From assembly GCA_964016885.1 (NCBI GenBank), contig OZ024742.1, positions 5,208,001-5,272,000 on the forward strand: a DNA stretch of 64,000 bases, read 5' to 3'. The position numbers were made by a program, and so were the translations under genes. The stretch's first letter is position 1. Every line of letters begins with the position of its first letter. This document shows, piece by piece, positions 40,810 through 53,025 of this stretch. Under the pieces are notes generated by a model. It saw nothing but the letters and a program-made list of their open reading frames with translations. It did no database searches and had not been told where the DNA came from. The stretch is from Eledone cirrhosa. Its lineage: Eukaryota.

Positions 40810-42245
40810 TCAACAAAAGCTAAGTATAGTGGCTTCTAAGAACCTCTCTTGTAGTTGTCTCGCTAAGAGGGTATCTGTTGCACTTTTCCCAGGCACATAA
40901 CCAAACTGCATCGCATCTAGTTGGACCCTTTCTATAATTAGTTGCGCTAATATCCTTTCTGCCACTTTCACAACCTGATCCATCAGCTTTATTCCTCTAT
41001 AATTGCTCATGTCCAGAGCATCCCCTTTACCTTTGTAGCAATTTACGAGAATATTGCTGCAGCAGTCTTTGAGTACAAAACCGACATATATAGCCTGATT
41101 TGATGAAGCGTGCAACCAGTTTAGTGCCTATGTCCCCTGATGCCTGCAGCATCTCAGCAACTATTCCTGACGGTCCAGTGGCCTTACCATTATTCATTTC
41201 CTTAATCGCCTCTTGGACCATATATTGGTCAATCTCAATAGCTGATCCCTCTGTCGGATGTACTGGGGTGGTAATTTCTCTCTTTCTCACATTGGGTCTC
41301 CACATTCATCAGTCTCTCTTAATGACATTTCCAGGCCTTATTTTTCTGACCATCCGTGAAACTAAGTACGCCGGCATCATTAAGCAGACAAACTTAATCT
41401 CGATTTGCACTGACACACAGCCTCGCAATACGGAACACAGCGCGTCTTTGATCTTCTTGTCGAGCAGCCTCCTTGCGTGCTAAGTACACCTGACCTCTAG
41501 CTTCTCTCTTAGCGGCTGTATATTCTTCTCTACTCGCACTAATTTTCCAAGCATTCCATGCTAGTCTTTAGTCTCCAATGGCCCGATCTACCGTGCTGTC
41601 CCACCACCATGTCACTCTCTGTCTGGTTGGAACTCTGATCCAGCCACAAGTTTCATCAGTAACCTGCAGTAAGGTAACGCATAAGAAATTCCAGTTATCA
41701 TCTATGCTGTACGACTCTAAATCGTCTTCTTTTTCATCATACACATATTGAAGGGCTTTCCTAAATTTGTATTTTAGTGAAAGCTCTTTTAGCTTCCAGA
41801 CCTTTCTTTTTTCCACACCTTCCTGTATGTCTCATTCAGTCTCTTGCTTACTGATATATCACTAACGACTAACCTATGCTGTGGGGTACATTCTTCCCCG
41901 GGGTATGCCTTTGTATTTGACACCATCTGCCTGTCCCGCTGCCTAACTAGCAAGAAGTCAATCTGGCTTATGTGCTTGCCTGATTTGTAGGTTATTAGGT
42001 GGTTGGCAGATTTGTGTAAGTTAGTGTCGTAGATGGTTAGTGCAATTGCATCGCAAAATTCAAGAAGTTTCACTGCTTCATTTCTTAAGCCGTAAGTGTG
42101 CCCAACATGTACCTCAGTGTAAATATCCTAGAGCTGTCCAACATGACCATTGAAATCCCCTGCTAGCATAACGATGTCTTCGTCCTGTCATTGTGGCTGT
42201 TTGTAAAAATTGCTTGTAAATGCAGTGTTTCTTTTCTTTACCTAG
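40810..42245 (-). mobile_element. RTE family A, APE-RT fragment, decayed
   Basis: LLEFCDA...SQIDFLLVRQRDR, VTWWWDS, NYRGIKLMDQV in minus-strand ORFs. Confidence 0.9.
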
Positions 42246-42322
42246 CAGCAGTTTCTTGCCCTCAATTAACCCTAAAACTAGCCGTAACGCTAACCGTAAC
42301 ACTAACCGTAACACTAACTTAT

Positions 42323-42615
42323 GCAGGCCTAGGTAAAGATGAGAAAGATAAAACAAGGAGTGATGCTATTTGAATTTTGTGATGCGAGTGTTTTAACCAT
42401 TTGCAAAACCAACTTCCGCAAACCTGCCAACTGCCTAATAACCTACAAATTAGGCAAGCACAGAAGCCGGATTTCTCGCTAGTTAGGCAGCGAGACAGAC
42501 AGATGGTGTGAAGTACCAGGGTGTGCCCCGGGGAGGAATGTTTCCCACAGCGTGGGTTGGTTGTTGGTGATGTCTCGGTGATCCTGAGACAGAATGAGAC
42601 GTGCAGGAGGGTGTT
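42323..42615 (+). mobile_element. RTE family A, APE fragment inverted relative to its neighbour
   Basis: GCAGGCCTAGGTAAAGATGAGAAAGA matches ~7652; continues to match ~7830-8090 after a deletion. Confidence 0.8.
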
Positions 42616-42704
42616 TATAGGTAAATAGATAGACTGATGCACAGATATCTGGATAGATTGATAGAGAGATAGATATATAGAGAGCATCATTATCATCGTC
42701 TGTT

Positions 42705-43122
42705 CATCATTTTACGTCCGCTTTTCCCTGCTTGAAAGGGTGGGACAGGAGCTCTTGAGCAAAGCATCTCTTCACTTGTCACGGTCCTTCGTCATCTCCT
42801 TGGTGAGTTTCAGCGATCTGAAGTCAGCTCTCACCACCTCCACCCATGTTTTTCGTGGTCTTCCTCTACTGCGTCTCCCTTCTTTACCCAGCGCTCAACC
42901 TCCATGCGCATCACATGTCCATACCATCTCAGTCCTCTCTTGCACACCACAACTTATCCCTCTTAAACACAGTTTCTCTCTCAACTCGTTTATGCTTGGT
43001 CGTTCCCGCACATTGACATTGCACATCCAACGGAGCATGCTTGCTTCATTTCTCTCCAGCCGTCGCATATCCTCTGCAGTTGCTGTCCATGTCTCACTAC
43101 CATGCAGCATCGCGCATCTCAC
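42705..43122 (-). mobile_element. RTE family A, 3' fragment
   Basis: MLHGSETWTATAEDMRRLERNEASMLRWMC plus tail. Confidence 0.9.
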
Positions 43123-43169
43123 TTGTGTGTGTGTGTGTATATATATATATGTACATACATATATATTAT

Positions 43170-43773
43170 GTCAGGTCACCAGTTGGTGCTACTGGTAACA
43201 TGTATCCCAGTACAACCTGTCTCCTGGTCGGGTCGTTGGCGACTAAACTGGCAACCCCACCAAGGTTTCTTGGTGAGGAGGGTGACTTTGGACATCCTGC
43301 AGGACTAAAAACAAAACCTGTCAAAGGGCAAAGGAGCTCTTAAGAGTCAATGGCCATCCAAAATCACCGGGAGAGATGACCCCTTAGCCTGTGTCAAGGC
43401 AGAATTCTAGGAGAAGGAAAACTCTGATATAACACCTGCAACCCTGATGGTATCCAATGATGTTGACTTGTTTTTCTTTTTTGTAAATATCATCTTGGTT
43501 AAGAGAGTGGGACTGGCTTTGTGCAGTGCCTTTGCTCACTATAAAAGCTTCACAGCACAGGCATTGCTTTATATCTGGAGATCTCTCTGCACTTGTCGTC
43601 ACATGGTACCATTGGCCCAGCACTGTCAATAATTGTCACAAGTGTAGTGTTTGTACCAGAGTTTTCAAGTCACTGGCTGGACTAAAACGTCACACTCGTT
43701 CAGCCCATCGGTAGGGGTTCTCCTACATGGATATAAAGTAGGGGCCGTACTCGAAAAAGAGTTGGCAACCACC
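43170..43773 (+). mobile_element. Non-autonomous RTE-derived element, full length (5'-UTR-like part plus 3' zinc-finger remnant and tail)
   Basis: 3' part encodes [22 protein letters not shown], similar to the end of the RTE at 836-950; four copies in the window; flanked by (TA)n. Confidence 0.85.
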
Positions 43774-43840
43774 ATATATATGTATATATGTATATATTTA
43801 TATGTATGTATATATGTGTATATATGTATATATTTATATG

Positions 43841-43959
<119 letters not shown>

Positions 43960-43974
43960 TTCTGGCTTTCTCTT

Positions 43975-44830
43975 ATTTTCACTCACTCCTCTGCTAGCTC
44001 ACTTCCTTCCTCGTCCGTAACTGTCTCTTCTCTTGCTGACACTTCTACAGTGAATGTGTCTTTTTTTCTCATCAAACCCGCCAGAACTTGTGTTCGAAAT
44101 CAATTGTTCACTCGATTTTTTTTTTCCTTTCTTTTTGTTGCTTCAGCCTTTGTGTCTGTTTATATTTTTCTCTCTCTCTCCCCTCTTTTTTATCCCAATA
44201 ACTTATTTTAGTTATTGTTCGCCCTAGGTTGAGGCATCTTGTCTCTAACGCGAAGAAATGCCTATGATTCCTAACTGACGATGGATATTGCCCTCTTTTG
44301 CCCGTAACTTTTATTTTGATTATATTTCAATGCAACCACACAGCTTGCCATTTTATTCACATAGTTTTCTTCTCAGTTGTGACCCATCTCTCTTCTATCT
44401 CCTTGTTGCTATGCTCTCTCTCCCCCTTCTCCCTCTTCTACTAGTCACCTTCTCTCGGCTAACCTGCCACTTCTAAAGCAGTCTCTTCTCTCACTCACAC
44501 TGCTACAGTGAAGACATGTATTTTTTTTTCTCGTTAGACCCACCAGAACTTATGTTCAAAATGAGTTGACTTGATTTTTCCTCTTTTCGTTTCTTCACCC
44601 TTCATGTGTGTATCCATTTTTCTCTCTCCCCCTTTTTTTATTCCAATAACTTATTTTAGTTATTGTTCGCCCTAGGTTGAGGTATCTTGTCTCTAACGCG
44701 AAGAAATGCCTATGATTCCTAGCAGACAACTGACGATGGATATTGCCCTCTTTTGCCCATAACTTTTCTTTTCATTATACTTAAATGCAACCACACAGCT
44801 CGCCATTTTATTCATAGTTTCCTTCTCCGC
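43975..44830. repeat. Tandem direct repeat of ~450 bp (two copies), pyrimidine-rich, unclassified
   Basis: AATAACTTATTTTAGTTATTGTTCGCCCTAGGTTGAGG...AACTGACGATGGATATTGCCCTCTTTTGCCC at ~44197 and ~44645. Confidence 0.85.
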
Positions 44831-44831
44831 T

Positions 44832-45102
44832 GAGTTTTGTCCTCTTTTCTACTCATCAACACTTTTGTCTTAGCTATGTTCACTCTCAGTCCTCTTAATT
44901 CCAACTCTGTTTTCATAGCCAGAATTTATTCTCAAGCTCTTCTACTGATTTTATCATCAGTATAGATAAGTTTCTGTAAACAGGATGTATTCCTACTTGT
45001 ATCTGGAATTTGTCACTAAACTCCATTCCTACCCTCACTTTACTGACAGCACCTCTGTACAAAGCTTGCAATGTCCTCACAAGCCATTCATCAACACCTA
45101 CA
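44832..45102 (-). mobile_element. RTE family A, RT fragment
   Basis: GVDEWLVRTLQALYRGAVSKVRVGMEFS...SVEELENKFWL. Confidence 0.85.
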
Positions 45103-45399
45103 CCGAAAAACAACCCAAACCAAACCGTGTGTTCTGTTATTATTTCTTGCAATATTTATAACAATATGACCCTCCCCTGTTATAACTATATATATATATA
45201 TATCGTCATACAAATATGTATCGCAGCATTATCAATAAAGGACTTTAACATCTGAAAGTATTTCGCATTTTATCATTATATATATATATGCACACATACA
45301 CACACATACACCGAGAGAGACGACATATATTTATATATGCTAGCTGAAGAACTGCCCTTTGGGCGTTTTTCTGCTAGTATATATAGACATAAGTTTTTG

Positions 45400-47500
45400 T
45401 AGTGTCCCTTTTCTAATGCATTTCAACTAAAAGAGTGATAGCTGTTTCACGTGACTGTAGAATTTCTTTGTAGACACAGTTGCCAGCAAACAGACACCTT
45501 TCATTTAATATTTTAATATTTTCTTTTTTGTGATAATGCAACATACGTGAGAATTGTGTTGGTAGATAAATGTCTGCCCTTGAAGGTTGTTTCAACTATT
45601 TGTGGTCTATCACCATGACGTAGAACTGGAAGAATTTGGTTTTAGTCACCAGATACCACTAAATGGCTTTTTGCAATCTCGAACATCTTTGAAGCTCCTG
45701 TCAGGCATTGAAAGATATTCTTATGTCCCATACCTCTCTCATCAATGATTAACAGGTCAGCTTGCTGCATAAGTTTACCTGTGTCATCCCTCTTTGTGAA
45801 GAAGCAAGTTGATTCAGCAGTCATATTGAGAGGAATCGTGCACTTGGAATGAAGAGTTCTTTGTTTGTGAAGCAAAGTGGCTGCTATTACAGATATGGCA
45901 GTGGCAAGTGCAATTATTTTTTACATTGGAGGTAATCCATTAGAATGTTTATGACCTGTACCTGCACTTGCATTCAAGCAGAAAATTTTGCCCTCATTTT
46001 CATTTACAGAGGTAATTACTTTGTGAAAAAGAACCAGTTGCTGAGGATTCAATGTTGGCAGAAGTTGATTTATTTGTTTGCATGGACATGAATTGCTCAT
46101 GACGTTCATGCATGATATCCTCTGCAAGACAATTCTTCCATTTCTCCCAGAACTGCAGAGGGTCATTTGGCATGCAGTGCAATAAAATGGTGCAGAAGAT
46201 CTGTGGCAGCTGAGGACCAACAGACTAAGTTAATCTTTATATGAAGTTTACCCAGCCTTGTGATGTATGATCATTCTGAGGTAATATAATTCAGATTGAT
46301 GTCTTCTGAGAATGCGTCCAAGAGATTCACTCATAAATTGTTGATCACCATCCAGATGTCCCCTTTTTTTCTTTGCCATTTTTTGTTTGTCCAAGTGAAA
46401 TATTTAGGAATATCAATATACAATATATCTTGTTCCAGCGGGTCTCTAATATTCAGTTGAAAATATTCCGTGAACTTAGTCATTGGCTGTCCCCTAGAAA
46501 GAACTTTCTTCCTGCCCTTGCTCAAACACGACCATTTGTTCCCCAGGTTAATGGCAAGGCAACTTTCCAGAATGCTTCACTGGCTGAGATGTACCATGCA
46601 TTGATATAGGTCTCAATTTCATTTCGAGCATGGACACAATTTCCTCGATCATCCTTAATAGTGAAAGTGATTTTATCTGATCCTTTTGTGATGTACTTTA
46701 AGTAGTTAACAGCCTTGACACTGTAGACAACCTCACAATTGACCATGCTGTCTACCCCTTCTTCTATACTTTGAAAAGGAACTTTTGGCAACAAATGCGG
46801 TTTTCCTCGGGATAACTGTTCGAGCATTGTTATTGTTGTCCTAGCCCTTCCTTTCATGAGCACATCATATTAACTTGTCCACATGGGCCATCAATGTTGC
46901 AAGATGGGGATGATCTTCTGTAGAATTGGAATCTCACAGTACACTACCTGATCAATGTCATCAGCAGTTTTGTGCTTACTATCTTCAGCCATTATCTACA
47001 GAATATGAGCATGAGTGGGGCCTCGTTTCTGCCACTCTATTGTAGCAGAACGAGCAACAACTTTTCTTTTTCAGTATGTCACCCATGAGGCTGTCATACT
47101 TGATCTTGAAGAATCTTGCACAAATATCAGGACGGTCTCTAGGTTCTTGACTAGGGTGCAAATTATTTTTTATTTCATCCCAGTTAGAGTTAGTTGTTAC
47201 CGTGATGAAATAAGACGACTTTACCATGTCGAACCACAGTCATCGAATTCTGAAAGCACTCACTGTAGAAGCGATTGGGAACCATAGATTGAAGGTGGAA
47301 GAACAATTCTCCGGCCTTCATTTACTGAATCTCCTTCAGCCTCAGCATCATAGAAACCCTCATACTTTTCAGCTCACATCACGGTTCGATTGTTACGGCC
47401 ATTTTGAGGTGACAACATTGTATTTTTCCCTGGGCATCTACAGCATATTGCTGCATCAGCCACCTACTCTTCACGACAACATTAGTCACCTTGCCTAACC
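45400..47500 (-). mobile_element. Helitron RepHel remnant (HUH Rep plus helicase N-terminal part), heavily decayed
   Basis: YFITVTTNSNWDEI...DRPDICARFFKIK; EWQKRGPTHAHIL (HUH motif, ~47002-47040); YLKYITKGSD; YISASEAFW; CLNASAGTG (Walker A); LLIIDE. Confidence 0.88.
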
Positions 47501-47871
47501 TGAAACCGATAACCAGTGGGTGTGAGTGTGTGGTTGTTGTCAATCCTTTTCAAACCAACCCGAAACCCATCATTCCCACAAGGAAACAGTAGCACAGGAC
47601 AATATTCACATTTTCAGAGACTGGCATTTCAATGACTTCCTTGAAGCTTCTTATATGATAAATGTTACCTATGATCTTAAATGTGGGACTAAACCCTGGC
47701 TTTCTCACCCACCCCCTCTCTCTCTCCCATACACTGACATAAGATCATATAATTCAGCATTGTGGCTCTCTGTAAAATGTGAAAAGAAAGACAAGGTTTT
47801 AACTGACATATAATTAGATGTATGTATTTATGCCATGTGCGTTAATTTATATACGCACAATAGTCAGTCTC

Positions 47872-48200
47872 CTGATCTGTTACAAACACAATTCTCAGGG
47901 CGAAACAGATTAAATCTCTAATCTGTCCGGGAGATGAAATAGTTATTGAAACGGTGTGTACATTTTACTCTATCCTGTATTTTCCGTTTGCTCGCACGAG
48001 GTGAAATATTCATTCGTGTAGCTTTTAGTTTTAGGTGTTTGTCACATTTTATCTTATCTCTCGCTGATGATGCCTACGGATTATCTGTTACAAACGCAAT
48101 TCTCAGGGCGAAACAGATTAAATCTCTAATCTGTCTGGGAGATGAAATAGTTATTGAAACGATCTGTACATTTTACTCTTTATCCTGTATTTTCCGTATG
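47872..48200 (+). mobile_element. Tandem ~210-bp hammerhead-containing unit (about 1.5 copies)
   Basis: TCTGTTACAAAC.CAATTCTCAGGGCGAAACAGATTAAATCTCTAATCTGTC...TCCTGTATTTTCCGT at 47876 and 48084. Confidence 0.75.
48056..48143 (+). ncRNA. Type-I hammerhead ribozyme with a full stem III
   Basis: ATCTCTCG-CTGATGA-tGCCT...GGGC-GAA-ACAGATTA-aatctc-TAATCTGT-C-TGGGAGAT: stem I 8 bp (with G-U pairs), stem III 8 bp, GUC triplet. Confidence 0.88.
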
Positions 48201-49648
48201 CTTCAGGTTAAATCTGTCAAACCAACATATATATATATATATATGCGCTCAACCAACTGTGACGCCTAAACCAATCAGCTTTAGTAATCCAGTGAAACTA
48301 CACACCGATTGGTCGAAATACAGTTTTCAAGATTTAGCATTCTGGAGCCACTTTTCACAGTGGCAAAATTTACCCATCTCATTACAGTTGAAAATTGCAA
48401 ACTTGACTGTCACCACACATTATGAACCTGAAGATTGCGAAAGCATGAAAGTACTTGTTCAATTAACACTTAACATTTAATATTCTACCATACTATTTCA
48501 TTCTAATACTATTATAAATTTTAAAGGATTGTAAATAAAACGAGTAAATCAAAGTTGGAATTCCTTTTATTAATATAATCTTCTATACATAATCATACAC
48601 ACCCGTGTATATCTATATATATATATATGATAGATAATGACACACACATATTGTCCTGGGTATGACATTAAACTACATCCAGTGACAAGGTTCCATTTCG
48701 GGAATTCATGAGCTGTGGGGAATGTGGAGTTACCCCTTAGTTGTCATAACTCCCAGGTCTGCTCTGGCCCGGAGCAGTGTTACCTGTTAGGGCCCCATTT
48801 ATGGGTGAAATAATAAAAGAACCATGTAGTCGATTTAACAGCACTAAGGTTGTCAAGGCTTATGGGCACTCTGAATGTGAGGACAATTCGAACACTGAGA
48901 AATACTTCCCTGGAACTAGGAAGAACCCCACCCCGAAAAGAGGCCCGACCCAGTGGTGCCAAACCAAAAGGTATGCTTTCTCTCTTTCTCTCTTTCTTTC
49001 TTTCTCTCTCTCTCTCGCATACACTTAATGTTAAAAGAAAAGCAAGCTTTGAAGTGACAAATAATTAGATACATTGATACGACGCGTCGCCCTCATATCA
49101 TGTATCTGTATGGCTGTCTGTCTGAACTTTCTAAATAAAACACACCCACACCCAACAAAGAGAACCAAATAGTTAAATTATAGAGTAGCCTAACTTGAGA
49201 TTTTAAATTTTTCCATTTTTTTCATACACAAAAATACAGATCCATAAACATTTATGTGTGTGGATCTATGTATATAGATAGGTAGATGGACAAGGGTGTC
49301 CTCACATAGGAGGTTTCCCGGTTGTTGTAATGATAGACTCCAGTTCTATCCCGAAAAACTTGAAATGAAGCAACTGGCTTATTAATACAATGTGCTGCCA
49401 GACCTAGGGTTTGATGTTATGTTTATGAGTGCAGCACACTAACCATTGAAGCCCCACCATCACATACTGAACCTACATTAGAACACTACCACACACTACA
49501 GCACTACCAGACACTATAACACCGCCATACTACACTACCACCATCACACTACATCACCACCAACACCACCATTCTATATATTCAGATATATCATATCTAC
49601 CCCACCTTTAACCCTGGCCCTTTATAACCCCTAAAATCTCTATTTCAG

Positions 49649-49835
49649 ATATATCGTCATTCCTACGTTACCTCTAAATATGTAACTGCTTCACCACGGC
49701 CGTTGTTGTCCCTAATGAAGGACTGGGCTCTGCTACGCAACAGCAATGTACCAGATGGTTTTGAGAAATACTTCCCTGGAGCTAAGGAGACCCTGCCACG
49801 AAAAGAGGCCCGACCCAGTGGTGCCAAACCATAAG
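49649..49835 (+). other. Candidate exon (187 nt); its 3' part and downstream flank are duplicated at 48896-49100
   Basis: TATTTCAG acceptor and AAG|GTATG donor; 61 open codons (IYRHSYVTSKY...EKYFPGAKETLPRKEARPSGAKP) then TAA, where the duplicate has AAA. Confidence 0.4.
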
Positions 49836-49981
49836 GTATGCTTAATCTCTCTCTCTCTTCTAGACACTTCTATAAGGTCATATAATTGAACAGTGTGTCA
49901 TTTCTAAAATCTGAAAAGAAAGGCAATGTTTTAAGTGACATAATTAGAAAGATATAGATACAACGCCGCACACTCATATCA

Positions 49982-50240
49982 TCTATATATATAAAACTGT
50001 GTGTGTCTCCTCATTTTTGCAAAGTCTATACAAATCCACATTTCTACTCTGATTGGCTTCAAACTTGCATTTATATATTCCTTGTGGTCTAAATATATTA
50101 ACTGCAGCTTATATTTTTCAATTTTCTGTTTTTAAAGAGGTGTTAGGCACCAGTTATCGATCTCCATCGTGCCCTTATAATATCTGTCTGCATAACGACA
50201 TGATCCATACGTCAGCAATGACGTTAATCTTCGCCACATT
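49982..50240 (+). mobile_element. Non-autonomous Helitron 5' portion
   Basis: A^TCTATATATATAAAA start followed by GTGTGTGTCT..GATTGGCTTCAAACTT, typical of invertebrate non-autonomous Helitron/DINE-like 5' ends. Confidence 0.5.
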
Positions 50241-50270
50241 CACACACACACACGCGCGCATGCACAGATA

Positions 50271-50375
<105 letters not shown>

Positions 50376-50749
50376 GTACGTATGTATGTATGTATGTGAG
50401 TTTCAGAAGATCCCGTTAAGGGTGAAAGCAGCGATTCTTTGCTTAAACTTTAATCTGTTATTTTAATAAATATATATATATATATATATATATCATAATT
50501 GAATATAAAAGAAAAACGAACACAGATATATACATGTGTTCAAATAGTAAGGCATGAGATTCGCTAAGGTGAAAAGAATACTAACTATAGACAATTTAAG
50601 AATAAATCAATAAAATAAATACAAACTTGGCTGCTATCTTTAGTGGTGTGAGTTTGTGAGACACGCTAAGTTCAGATACCATGTGCGTTATATATACGCA
50701 CACTATTCAGTTTTGTAATATACTTAGAAATGTCCATGATAATAATTCT

Positions 50750-50829
50750 TCATCCACTGATGAGCAAGAATTGGTATTCCTCTTCACAATTAATTTTGCG
50801 AAACAGCATTACCAAAGGTGTCTGGGTGA
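50750..50829 (+). ncRNA. Type-I hammerhead ribozyme
   Basis: TCATCCA-CTGATGA-GCAAG...TTTGC-GAA-ACA-gcattaccaaagg-TGT-C-TGGGTGA: 7-bp stem I, GUC triplet; lies between inverted repeats 50560-50626 and 50850-50937. Confidence 0.86.
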
Positions 50830-50963
50830 TTGGTACTTACCACAATTCCGGTTTGTATTTCTTTTCTTGATTTATTCTTAAATTGAGTCTGGCAAACCCT
50901 ATTGTCTCTAGTTAGTATTCTTTTCACCTTAGCGAAGCTGAAACCCCCCCCCCCCCCCGGTGG

Positions 50964-51848
50964 TCAAACGGATCGGTCCCACCCGTGACAGCAGTCGTTC
51001 GACATAGCCCCACAGATAGGCAATGCCCGAGCACTGTACAATGCGTGTGCAATTGTTTCCTCGTCGCACCCGCATCTGGGACAGATCTTTTTCGAGGGGT
51101 CTCTACCAGGGCGCCCGTGTCTGTAGAGCCTTTCTCGAACGGGCAGAGCCCCTCGGTGGCACTGCCAGGCCAGGGACCTCTGGAAGTTATCCATAGGTCC
51201 CGGGCTGAATGTCCTACCGAACAGGTTGGCCAGTTCGTTTTCCTCCATGCCTAGGGCTTCTCCGAGGGTGTTGCCGCACCTGCTAACCACCAGCCCTCTA
51301 TAGAATGACGAGTTGGATTCTCCACTGACAGCCGGGTCCGCCTGCCAGAGAGCCGTGAGCGCCTGGGCACACTCGGTGTGCCAGGCGCCCAATTTTCTCG
51401 GTCTTTGCTTGACCCAGGATTGCAGCTCGGTGAGCGAGACGAGTCTGGGAAAGGCTCGCCTCACAAACGGGGCCCACACCGGTTGACCGGTGATGAATAC
51501 CTGGAGGTGCCGTAGCCTTAATGCGTGTTTACGCATCACCAGCCACGGCATCTCAGCCCTCCTTTCGAAGGGTGTTGACAGCAGATGGATCTCCTCACCA
51601 TAGGAGCCCGCTTCTTCCAAAGGAATTGGAAGAGTGTGCGCTCCATTTTGGAGAGCGTTTCCCTTGGGCAAGGCACGACGGTCAGGCGGTAGTAGATGTG
51701 TTCGCCACCTCCGCCCGACGACGGCATTAACAACTCCAACTTCTGCAGCAGTGGCTCTAGTCATTACATACAGAAGGGAGGAGAGAGGGCACCCTTGTCG
51801 GATGGACCGCGCGATTTCGAACGGCTCCGAGAGGTAGCCGTTCACCTT
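50964..51848 (-). mobile_element. L1/Tx1-clade LINE fragment, internally deleted
   Basis: NGYLSEPFEIARSIRQGCPLS, LFQFLWKK...PSKGGL, SLAWQCHRGALPVRERL, CPRCGCDEETIAHAL (CCHC-type); YADD region missing; GC-rich. Confidence 0.87.
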
Positions 51849-51849
51849 G

Positions 51850-53025
51850 ACAAGAGCAGAAGTGCGTGTCTGCCTGCCTTAAGTCGTCCATGTTGTGGCT
51901 CCAGGTGAAGAGTTTGTACTTGAGCACAAATATGCGTGCTCATTTGCATGGTGACATGTCTGCAGCATTTGGTCAGAATATTTTAGCACTTTGTGAGGGC
52001 AAGGTCCCTGCGGATGACAAAGGCGGAATAGCAATCGACTCCCTGTGCAACATTGTGAGCAGCCCTTCTGACCTTTTGGAAGCAGTTTTTTCTAATGTCT
52101 CATCTAACTTTAAAAACCTCGATTAGCTCAGCGAAAGAGCCATCCTTGCTCGGAAAAATACCATGGTTAATTTTATTAACGAGCAGCTGATTGAGAAGAT
52201 TCCCGGTAAAGAAGACGTCTTCAAATCTATCGACCTGGCGTCAGACCCCGACGATATCGTTAATTATCCGGTTGAGTTATTAAATTCCCCAGGGCTCCCA
52301 CCTCTTATTCTTAAGCTTAGGGTTGGCTGTCCCATTATGCTAATAAGGAACTTGCGTCCACCAAAGCAGTGCAACGGTACTCGCATGGTCGTCAAGTCAC
52401 TGACGCTGCACTTGATTGAGGCCACCATTGTAACGGGGTGCTGGAGAGGGGAGAATGTTTTCATTCCAAGGATGAACCTTTGCCCCTCGGCGTCAGATAT
52501 CCCGTTCGATTTCCGGCGATCCCAATTCCCGGTGAGACCATTTTTTTTTTCCAAGTCCATTAACAAGTCACAAGGGCAAACATTGTTGGTGGCGGTCATC
52601 CATTTGGGGGAGCCATGCTTCTCCCATGGCCAACTTTGTTGCCAGTTTCCGCGTATGGAGCAGGAATGGACTTTTTGCTTACACTCCTCAAGGGATGACA
52701 CGCAATATCGTCTACTATGAAGTGCTATAGATGTTTGAGTTATGCCGTCTGGAAAACTGGTTGGGTCACCCATAGCGGACAGATCTGACACGCAGCGGCA
52801 CCAGGGCCACCATCTTGCAACTTTGTTCTACTAAATTCGCTATTGGAAGATTTTTAAGCCATCATTGATTGTCCAAAATGCTAATTGGTTTGTAACTATT
52901 AATAACCGGTTCAACTGCTTTATGCACTTAATTGATAAGATTATGCGCTTTCAAGCTACGTTTACCTGTATGTAACTTTTCATAGCAAATGAACAAACCC
53001 GAGTAACGCCGGGCTAAACTGCTAG
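51850..53025 (+). mobile_element. Helitron remnant: PIF1-like helicase C-terminus and intact 3' end
   Basis: LSTNMR, ERAILARKN, GLPPLILKLRVGCPIMLIRNL, CNGTRM, FIPRM, QFPVR, SINKSQGQTL, FSHGQL; hairpin plus CTAG at 52997-53025. Confidence 0.93.

Noticed and set aside
43526-43714. C2H2 zinc-finger peptide suggesting a host ZNF gene
   Set aside because: It is a single finger inside a multicopy RTE-derived element, with no linker array or exon structure.
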